Translations under genes and position numbers: made by a program
Source: a virus
Lineage: Duplodnaviria > Heunggongvirae > Uroviricota > Caudoviricetes
Reading direction: 5' to 3' (one strand)
Length of the DNA: 35,023 nucleotides
Virus record (IMG/VR): IMGVR_UViG_3300018488_000300
Shown here: one piece after another, positions 27,908 through 35,023 of the stretch
Layout: each line of letters opens with the position of its first letter
How positions within the stretch are numbered: position 1 is the first letter of the stretch
The notes under the pieces: generated by a model
Database searches by the model: none
The model's input: the letters and a program-made list of their open reading frames with translations, nothing else
Told to the model about the DNA's origin: nothing

Positions 27908-28249
27908 TTATGATTTAGCTATTTTTTTAATTGCTTCGATTAGTTCATTTAAATCAACATAATTGCCATAGCATATCTGGTACTGAGTCTTATCTTGTAT
28001 ATTTCTTACCGTGTCGTATCCCAGCATCTCGATGATTTGATGCATACCAATATGACAGCCAACTTCATACCCTTCGTCATAACATGATTCATTTTCATCT
28101 TCTGTTTTATATCCTATCTCACTATCGCAATCGTCATAACCATCCTTTTTGCCCTCATTATAACCCTCATCATAACCAGCTTTATAAACCTTTTTAATAT
28201 ATGCCATATCCTTTTCCGGTATATTTTTATCTATAAAATCAAAATTCAT
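27908..28249 (-). CDS. Hypothetical protein with G-Y-D-E-G-Y repeats
   Basis: 113 aa, GGAGG RBS, GYDEGYNEGKKDGY and YDEGYEVG. Confidence 0.7.
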   Translation of the reverse strand: MNFDFIDKNIPEKDMAYIKKVYKAGYDEGYNEGKKDGYDDCDSEIGYKTEDENESCYDEGYEVGCHIGMHQIIEMLGYDTVRNIQDKTQYQICYGNYVDLNELIEAIKKIAKS

Positions 28250-28302
28250 TATAAATCGTTCCTCCTATTTATATACACATCTCTAACTATAATTTGCATA
28301 TA

Positions 28303-28309
28303 TAGTATG
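28303..28309 (-). promoter_or_regulatory. CATACTA promoter-like motif
   Basis: About 54 nt upstream of ATG 28249. Confidence 0.5.
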
Positions 28310-28378
28310 TAAGTCCAAGCAAAACAGTAATTCCATATCACGTCTTTTAACCTATTTCAAAATGATAAAAAGAAGGTT

Positions 28379-28580
28379 TTAGGCCTTCTTTACTAATTCT
28401 TCACAAATATGACTGTAAGTGTAACAATAAGAGTCCTTTGTTACAAAGCTTGATTTCTTTTTGTTACGAAACTTGATTTGTGTTTTCTCTTTTTCACATC
28501 CGCCACTGCACAATTCAAATTCATTTTCGTATCCTTTAGAAACAATCTCTTTTACTAGTGATTCTGTGTTTGATTTTAAC
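28379..28580 (-). pseudogene. Start-less C-terminal fragment of a Cys-rich (SPASM-like) protein
   Basis: Open frame ...ELCSGGCEKEK...DSYCYTYSHICEELVKKA*, followed by a terminator at 28367-28391; no start or RBS. Confidence 0.45.
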
Positions 28581-29767
28581 TGAAGCTGTCTGAACCTTCT
28601 GTTCTAACAGTGGTTCCAGATGGAGATCATGCTGAATATATATTAGACTATCAATTTGATAAATATGATGATTCTGACGTTGAGTATTATCTATGTTCTG
28701 TTTATATCACGGGAATGTGGATTTTATTGAATGGTCTAAATCTCACTCAAAAAATAAAATCATTGCTGGTGGCTATGAACCAACCATTAACCCTGAAGAG
28801 TTTCTTGATTATGCAGGTCGGATTATCATTGGACCATGTGATGACTTTTATGAAACCATGAAGCAATCAGGAAGAATTGTAAAAGGTATTACAAACAATA
28901 AGAGAGTTCCACGATATGATTTATATGACATTCATTTAAACCAACAAATTATTCCAGATAAGTCACCTAAAGATGTTGTAACTTCTATCAATACATCTCA
29001 AGGATGTCCATTTAAATGTGATTTCTGCTGTTCACCGCTTATGTGTGATCATATTATGTCAAAACCATTATCACTTGTAAAAGAAGAGGTTGACTATTTA
29101 AAACAATTCAAACCAAAATATCTTTTTATACGCAACTAAAATTTTCCGCTGCAGCCTGATTGGAAAGAAAAGTTATCTGCGATTAAAGAAACTGGTGCCA
29201 AGATATATTTGTTTGCGTCCGCTAACCTTCTGACCGAAGAAAATGTAATCTATATGAAAAGATAATAATGTATATATGATTTGTCTTGGTTTAGAGGACA
29301 TTACGGTTGGATATGGCAATAATAAACGGCTGAATGAAGTGTGTGATCTTCTACATAAGCATGGCATTTATGTTTATTTATCATTTATTGTAAATCCTAC
29401 AAAAATAAATACAGATGCAAAAGCAGAATTGTTTTATAAAAAACTACTTGATAGATTTTATGAATTAAAGCCGGAAATGGTTTGTGGAAATTTTTTAATG
29501 CCATTTCGAGAAACGAAGATTTGGGAGGATTATAAAGATTTAGTTAGTCCAGATGACTTTAAATTTTACAATAGTAAAAGTGCCTTTTGGGAAAAAGATT
29601 TGACAAGACGTGCCAAGGATGAATTCGATATGTTTTATTATCAATGGATTTATTATCATTCTGATTTATATAATCAAACCATCCGAACGTTTGAGACGAA
29701 TGATACACTTCACTTACATTTCTTGGAATTAAAAAAGGAATTTCATGAAAAAGGCTTTGAAATATAA
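28580..29767 (+). pseudogene. B12-binding radical SAM enzyme pseudogene
   Basis: IIAGGYEPT, SQGCPFKCDFC (CxxxCxxC), ICLGLED. 5' end missing; frameshift at about 28713, nonsense TAA at 29137 (FIRN* vs the usual FxxDEN), +1 A at 29257-29260. Confidence 0.8.
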
Positions 29768-29827
29768 AAAATGTTTTTCTTTTAATGGAACAAGGTCTGA
29801 TGCTTTTTCATTTAGTATCAATACAAT

Positions 29828-29852
29828 AAAAAAGAGTGCTTTTGCACTCTTT
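29828..29852. terminator. Bidirectional terminator
   Basis: AAAGAGTGC-TTTT-GCACTCTTT. Confidence 0.7.
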
Positions 29853-29930
29853 ACTTGTTTTCTATATTATTTTTCCAAAGTCCACTTGTAAATCTTTAAA
29901 TATACCAAGTTTCTTTCGATATGTAATGCT

Positions 29931-30490
29931 TTAAAATTCAAACTTTGTGGCTTTATCCTCTAATACTAAACTCGCAGAAAACTTTTTACCAGTTTTTGAT
30001 GTGAAGCCTGTTATTTTCTTTGTTTTTTTGTTTTTAATAAGATCTGCTAAATCGGATTCTTTCATCTCTTTCCCTGCTGTTTTGTAGTTAAAACTGAATC
30101 CACAGTTCTCTTCACATTTCCATGACCATTTATCTGCTATGATATTCGTTCCACAACAAGGACATTGATAAGTGGTTTTCGTTTCTTTGGGTTCAATTTG
30201 GTCGAATGCTAATTCTACTTTTTCTTCATTTAACTTTAATTTTGCTGAAAAGGGTTTTCCGACTTTTGACTTAAATCCGGACATTTCTTTAGTCATTCCT
30301 TTTTCAAGCAAGGTCTTGACAGTGGAATCTGTTATTTTCTTAGAAGCGATTTCCAATGGAATCGTAAAGGAACATTCTCCTGTTTTTTGTTTGAACAATA
30401 CCAGCCATATTTTCCCTTCATTAAAGGATTCCCGCAAATAGGACAGTTGAGTCCTGTAGCTCCACTTCCTGCCCATCCAGATTTTTTGAT
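29931..30490 (-). pseudogene. topB: C-terminal remnant of a second topoisomerase III paralog (Zn ribbons + C-terminal repeats)
   Basis: KSGWAGSGATGLNCPIC...GFKSKVGKPFSAKL...CPCC...DKWSWKC...KFEF aligns with the end of 32945-35023; -1 frameshift at T6 30383-30388. Confidence 0.85.
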
Positions 30491-30602
30491 AAATTATTTT
30501 GAAAAAGATTCTGATAAAACAAAGGAAGAAATGTCTTGGTCTGTTAATTTTGATGGAACTGAAACTGTTAAACATCATGTTGATATCAAGAAAGGCAATT
30601 AA
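30489..30602 (+). pseudogene. Start-less C-terminal fragment of an unknown + strand gene
   Basis: INYFEKDSDKTKEEMSWSVNFDGTETVKHHVDIKKGN*, directly followed by a terminator (30601-30625). Confidence 0.4.
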
Positions 30603-30671
30603 AAAAACGGCGTAATGCCGTTTTTATTTTTTGTTAAAACATATCATCGTAAACATTGTCAATTAATTCCA

Positions 30672-31023
30672 TTACTTCTTCCAAAACAGTAAAGCTACAG
30701 AAAATCCTGATCTTCCTGCACCTTTCCAGACATATCTCCAAATTGTTTCAGCCGCATCTCTTGTCAACTCAATATCAGAGTCGTACTGGATTCTTCGATA
30801 GATATCTTCCATAACAGATTTTCTCAATTTTTCTTTCTCTTGAATTAATTGTTTACGTTCTTTTTCATACTTTTCGTTATATTCAGCTACCTTTTTTAAG
30901 TTCCAGGAAGCGTCTTTTGTTCCATTGAATATATAATCCATTGGTAATTTTGAAAACGATGGCTCAGTTTCCATAGCTTCCATTTTGTTATATTTTTTTT
31001 TCAATTGTATTCCAACTTTTCAT
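30672..31023 (-). CDS. Hypothetical protein with a +1 frameshift in an A9 tract near the start
   Basis: AGGAG RBS and ATG 31023 give MKSWNTIEKKI*; A8 would fuse it to KYNKMEAMETEP... (T9 at 30993-31001). Confidence 0.6.
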
Positions 31024-31035
31024 TATTTTTTTCTC

Positions 31036-31308
31036 CTATTCTCTCTTCTCTTTTAGCCGTTCGATCTGGTCTTCATAATACTGTATTAATTTATCGATTT
31101 CTTCATTATATTTTTCTTTCGCTTCTTCATAGGTGCCTGCATATTTTCGGGTATAACGATGAGTACTTTTAGATCTGGCTAATTTTCCACTTTTTCCAAA
31201 CGGGATAAAATCGTTACCTTCTAGTATACCTTCAATAGGTGGCTGCAAAGACATTCTTCCCGTTGTTGTTCTTTGTAACTCACAAGCATATGCCCAAACT
31301 GTTTTCAT
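31036..31308 (-). CDS. Hypothetical protein
   Basis: Start re-assigned to MKTVWAY (AGGAG RBS); 90 aa. Confidence 0.7.
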   Translation of the reverse strand: MKTVWAYACELQRTTTGRMSLQPPIEGILEGNDFIPFGKSGKLARSKSTHRYTRKYAGTYEEAKEKYNEEIDKLIQYYEDQIERLKEKRE

Positions 31309-31325
31309 ATTTTTTCTCCTTTCTC

Positions 31326-31880
31326 TTAGTCCCATCTTGACTTGATCATTCGAGTTTCTAATAGTCTTGTTTCTATAATTGATAATGCAAAATTTAATTC
31401 AGTGGAAAAACCAAGATCATCTGCTATTCCATTCATATGTATTCGATTTTCTGCATCAAGATGTTTTTCTGTCAATAATTTTAACGTTTTCTTTGGAATT
31501 AATAATTCATGTGCCAAAAATTGAATTTCTTCAAAATCAGAGCCCATCCCATTTTGATATTCAATGTTTTTCATATTATGAAATTTTTCATCATCAATCT
31601 CATAACTCATTTTCAGAAACAGAATTGCCAATGCCTCTGCAACTGAACAGAGTTGTTTCAATAAATCTTTTTCTTTCTGTACATGAACGATAAATCCATT
31701 TCCACAGCGACAGACCTCAGTAACAGAAGCAAAATCTCGATACTCAATTCCACCGCCTAACTTTTCTATTAGTTCATCTGGTTGAAGAAACTTTTGATTG
31801 GTTGCAATTAATGAAAAATCAAAGACGTTTAAAACTTCTTCAGCAAATGATTGTAATAATGTTTTTAATTTAATATCCAT
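31326..31880 (-). CDS. ImmA/IrrE (DUF955)-like protein lacking HExxH
   Basis: LIEKLGG..GFIVHV..CSVAEALAILFLKMSY..EEIQFLAHELLIP..IADDLGFS follows the ImmA pattern (FTIAHELGHLFLHMGY..EANxFAAxLLMP..IAxxFxVS). Confidence 0.65.
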   Translation of the reverse strand: MDIKLKTLLQSFAEEVLNVFDFSLIATNQKFLQPDELIEKLGGGIEYRDFASVTEVCRCGNGFIVHVQKEKDLLKQLCSVAEALAILFLKMSYEIDDEKFHNMKNIEYQNGMGSDFEEIQFLAHELLIPKKTLKLLTEKHLDAENRIHMNGIADDLGFSTELNFALSIIETRLLETRMIKSRWD

Positions 31881-31927
31881 ATTTTTTCTCCATTGTTATA
31901 TGAACTTTGCTATTGGTGCAGTTTGGA

Positions 31928-32854
31928 TTATTGCATCAGATTATCTACTAAAGTGTCAACTAATACATCCTTTATTTCATCTTTAATTGGTGCTCCAGCA
32001 GCTTTTGGATATCCACCTCCACCAAATAAATCAGCCATTAATTTTCCTAGGTCAATGTCCTCCCGCATTGTTCGGCAAGAAATTTTTCCATCCATATCGA
32101 TAATCATTATGAAATCCAATTCTGGGTGCTTCTTATACAACTTGTTTCCCATTTCATTCACATATTTGTCCGCAAAGATTATTCCAACATTATATCCAGA
32201 AATTTTTCTTGGCAGCATTGTCTGTTCTTTTTCTTTTATATATTCATCAATTTCTCTTTGCTTTAATTTTAATAACAACAAATCAGTTTCTGATAATTCT
32301 GGGAAAGATTTTTTTCTAATTTTTTTCATACTCCATGAAATAAAGTCGTCTCTTCCTAAAATTCCAAATAAATCATTAAGCTGCTTGCAAATAATACCAC
32401 TATCTCCAAGTTCTGCCCATCGCCAAGTATCATAATCTCGGACTGCTTGGACGAATGTTAATAGTGTATCATTATTTTTTAAATATATATGACTTATTAA
32501 CCAGTTATAATATAATTCTGTTCCGGAAGTTTTAATTTCAGTAAAATCATTTTGAATTTTAACCCTGCACCAATTATATTTATTTAGGTTTAATGCAGTT
32601 GGGTGGTGATCTAATAACTGAATGTTTTGGGAATTTATACTATGGTTAATTTTTTCAGCTAGTTCTTCTTTGATGCTGATATCTGTAATATGGCACTCGC
32701 TAATAGTTTCTTTTTTTCTCATCAATTTTTCAATTTCATCATTGATATTACTATAATCACAATAGGAAATATTTATGTTTTCGCCAAATGCTAATTTTGC
32801 TAAAATTGCACAACCTATTCCGTCTAAATCCGTATGTGTAAATAATTTAATCAT
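31928..32854 (-). CDS. DHH/DHHA1 phosphoesterase (NrnB/oligoribonuclease-like)
   Basis: FTHTDLDG, LLDHH, DYDTWRW, GGGGYPKAAG. Confidence 0.88.
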   Translation of the reverse strand: MIKLFTHTDLDGIGCAILAKLAFGENINISYCDYSNINDEIEKLMRKKETISECHITDISIKEELAEKINHSINSQNIQLLDHHPTALNLNKYNWCRVKIQNDFTEIKTSGTELYYNWLISHIYLKNNDTLLTFVQAVRDYDTWRWAELGDSGIICKQLNDLFGILGRDDFISWSMKKIRKKSFPELSETDLLLLKLKQREIDEYIKEKEQTMLPRKISGYNVGIIFADKYVNEMGNKLYKKHPELDFIMIIDMDGKISCRTMREDIDLGKLMADLFGGGGYPKAAGAPIKDEIKDVLVDTLVDNLMQ

Positions 32855-32884
32855 ATTTCTCTCCTTTTCTTGTTTTGATATTTT

Positions 32885-32891
32885 TAATATG
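32885..32891 (-). promoter_or_regulatory. CATATTA promoter-like motif
   Basis: About 31 nt upstream of ATG 32854, directly after the topB terminator (32911-32938). Confidence 0.5.
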
Positions 32892-32944
32892 TTTCTTTTT
32901 TTAAAAAAATAAAAACGCTAATGATTAACACTAGCGTTATATTT

Positions 32945-35023
32945 TCAGAATTCGAATTTCGTGGTTCCATCTTCATTTAATTTTATCTTAGCTGAAAATA
33001 ATTTTCCAGTTTTTGATTTAAATCCTGTTATTTTCTTTGTTTTTTTTTTCTCGATTAAATCTTTCAAATCTGTTTCCTTCATATCTTTTCCTGCAATTTT
33101 ATAATTAAATGAGAATCCACAATTTTTTGAACATTTCCAGGACCATTTATCAGCTACAACTTCAGCTTCACAACATGGACAAGAATATGTTTTCTTCGTC
33201 TCTTTAGGTGTTGCTTCATCAAAAGCAAACTCCACTTTATTGTCTTTTATTTTTAGTTTTGCAGAAAATGTTTTTCCAGATTTTGACTTAAATCCACTAA
33301 TTTCCTGTGTAATGCCTTTTTCTAACAAATCGTTTACATTTTTATCGGTTAATTTTTTTTCTGCAACTGTCGCTGGAATTGAAAATGAACAGTTTCCATC
33401 TTTTTTACCAGAACAATACCATCCAAATTTTCCTTTTAATAATGGTTCATTACAAACTGGGCAATTCAATCCAGTTGCTCTGCTACCACTCCATCCTGAT
33501 TTTTCAATATGAGCTTTTTCAATTTCTAATGTAATATCTTTCACATACTGCAACATATCAGTTTCAACCTCTTTATATGTTTCACTGCCTTCTTTAATAT
33601 GCTGCATTCTTGTTTCCCATTCTGCGGTTAATTCTGGTTTACAAATTGAAAAATCTTTGATATTACCAATGTATTTTTTACCAGTGTCAGTAATATAAAG
33701 TCCTTTCGCCTTTCCTTTTTCTTCCATATATCCGCTTTTAATTAAATCCGAAATGATTTTAGCTCTTGATGAAGGCATTCCAATACCTTTTACATCTTTC
33801 ATAATTGTTTTCATTTCTTTATCTTCAATATATTTTGCGATATTTTCCATTGCGTCAATTAAAGTGGCCTGGGTTAACCTTGTTGGAGGTGTTGTAGTTT
33901 TTTCTGCTGGTTCGTAATGATCTACAAAAACACTATCTCCTTCTTTCAATTTTGGGAGTTCAGTATCCGTTGTTTTTTTGTCATAAATAGAAGTCCAGCC
34001 TTTTTCTAATAAAACTTTTCCGTTTGTTTTAAATTCATTACCATCGATGTCAATGATTAATGTGGTTTTTTCTTCTTTTAATGGCTCCATAAATACCGCT
34101 AATAATCGTTTATAGATTAACATGAGGATATTTAATTCATCTTTTGTTAATTTTGTAAGATCTGGAATTTTTCCAGTTGGGAGCAAGGCATCATGGGATG
34201 CCTTTTTAACTTCTACATCATTGACAATTCGCTTATCCTTTTTTACTCTTTCAATATCTGCAGCTGAAACAGCTTTTGCTACTGTCTCTAATTCAGGAAT
34301 TGCCTCTACCGCTTTTAATAGAGTTTTTAATTCTTTCGCTTTTTCAGATGAAATATATCTTCCATCTGTACGAGGATAGGATACAATTTTATGAGTTTCG
34401 TATAAAGATTGTACTAAGCCTAATGTTCTTGTTGGGTCATAACCGAACTGTTTTCCAGCTTCTACCTGAATATCAGATAATTTGTATAATTGAGGAGCTG
34501 GTGTTTTTACTGTCTTTTTTGTAACAGTTTTTACAATTCCTTTATTACCTAAATCTAATGAAAATTTATTTGCTTTCTCTTCTGTTTCAAATCTTACACT
34601 TCCGTCTTTATCGATATACGTTCCTTTAAATCCTTCTTTATAGATTGCATGTAATTCAAAATCTGTATGAGGAACAAACTCTTCAATTTCTTTTGAATTA
34701 TCATATACCAGTTTTAATGTAGGTGCCTTAACTCTTCCAACACGCATTGTAAATCCCGATTTAACAGAGAACCCAACTGTAAAATTCATGCCAATTAACC
34801 AGTCCATATGGGATCTTATTTTAAAGGCTTCCGTCATATGAACGTCTCTAGGATTTGTATGATAATCAGTCATTATTAGCAAGGAATCCAACAGCCCTTT
34901 TTCTGTTAGATCAGTTTCATAAAACCTTAAAGCCTCCATTTTAGTTAATGATAGATGGTTCTCCAGTAAATAGTAAATACCATTTCCTTCAACATCTGAG
35001 TCTGTTCCGACAATAATCCCATC
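32945..35023 (-). CDS. topB: Type IA DNA topoisomerase III (5'-partial, frame open to the window end)
   Basis: Toprim GTDSDVEG in the 28 codons upstream of the track start, catalytic SYPRTD, GIGMPSSRA, C-terminal Zn ribbons and GFKSKxGKxFSA repeats. Confidence 0.93.
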   Translation of the reverse strand, partial: DGIIVGTDSDVEGNGIYYLLENHLSLTKMEALRFYETDLTEKGLLDSLLIMTDYHTNPRDVHMTEAFKIRSHMDWLIGMNFTVGFSVKSGFTMRVGRVKAPTLKLVYDNSKEIEEFVPHTDFELHAIYKEGFKGTYIDKDGSVRFETEEKANKFSLDLGNKGIVKTVTKKTVKTPAPQLYKLSDIQVEAGKQFGYDPTRTLGLVQSLYETHKIVSYPRTDGRYISSEKAKELKTLLKAVEAIPELETVAKAVSAADIERVKKDKRIVNDVEVKKASHDALLPTGKIPDLTKLTKDELNILMLIYKRLLAVFMEPLKEEKTTLIIDIDGNEFKTNGKVLLEKGWTSIYDKKTTDTELPKLKEGDSVFVDHYEPAEKTTTPPTRLTQATLIDAMENIAKYIEDKEMKTIMKDVKGIGMPSSRAKIISDLIKSGYMEEKGKAKGLYITDTGKKYIGNIKDFSICKPELTAEWETRMQHIKEGSETYKEVETDMLQYVKDITLEIEKAHIEKSGWSGSRATGLNCPVCNEPLLKGKFGWYCSGKKDGNCSFSIPATVAEKKLTDKNVNDLLEKGITQEISGFKSKSGKTFSAKLKIKDNKVEFAFDEATPKETKKTYSCPCCEAEVVADKWSWKCSKNCGFSFNYKIAGKDMKETDLKDLIEKKKTKKITGFKSKTGKLFSAKIKLNEDGTTKFEF

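Noticed and set aside
28580-30490. A single inversion explaining both back-to-back junctions
   Set aside because: Flipping the segment does not rejoin any of the four broken genes; two independent deletions fit better.
1574-32891. A sigma-G-type GNATA or sigma-E-type -35 box paired with CATAYTA
   Set aside because: Manual alignment showed no consistent element at 14-18 nt spacing, so a specific host sigma cannot be assigned from sequence.
402-34524. Many ORF-track entries antisense to or nested in long genes (e.g. 402-779, 2345-2708, 4153-4512, 5918-6303, 21935-23633, 30172-30441, 31893-32435, 33240-34524)
   Set aside because: Shadow frames of well-supported opposite-strand genes, with no RBS and no recognisable motifs.
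1-35023. Jumbo phage identity
   Set aside because: No capsid, terminase, portal or tail genes here, while virD4 and topB favour a conjugative element; cannot be fully excluded from one window.

Overview
Low-GC, strongly minus-strand-biased 35 kb segment of what looks like a large conjugative element (megaplasmid or ICE-like) of a gut-type Clostridia/Lachnospiraceae host. Host and element type are inferences. Bases 1-31 are an Illumina adapter. Backbone genes: a VirD4/TraG coupling protein (not in the ORF track because it runs off the left end), two tandem paralogous unknown genes, a RecD2 helicase and topoisomerase III (partial at the right end). An intact IS200/IS605 element carries tnpA, a catalytically intact tnpB and a right-end omega-RNA. 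Cargo: an NT5C-phosphatase/guanylate-kinase fusion plus a second Gmk-like gene, a MoxR AAA+/vWA pair, a DUF488-YspA(SLOG) fusion, PspA plus a TPM-domain protein, a Ca2+-type P-ATPase, MscS, YqeY, a DHH phosphoesterase and a HExxH-dead ImmA/IrrE homolog. The 25.4-31 kb zone is decaying, with pseudogenes and two back-to-back deletion junctions. The most striking unannotated signal is a heptamer, CATA(C/T)TA. It sits about 30-80 nt upstream of 11 transcription-unit starts on both strands, often just after the previous gene's terminator, and has no shared -35 box. This suggests an element-wide alternative-sigma regulon. A decayed tRNA(CAT)-like sequence and several small ORFs missed by the track are also present. 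No CRISPR array, rRNA or phage structural genes were seen.
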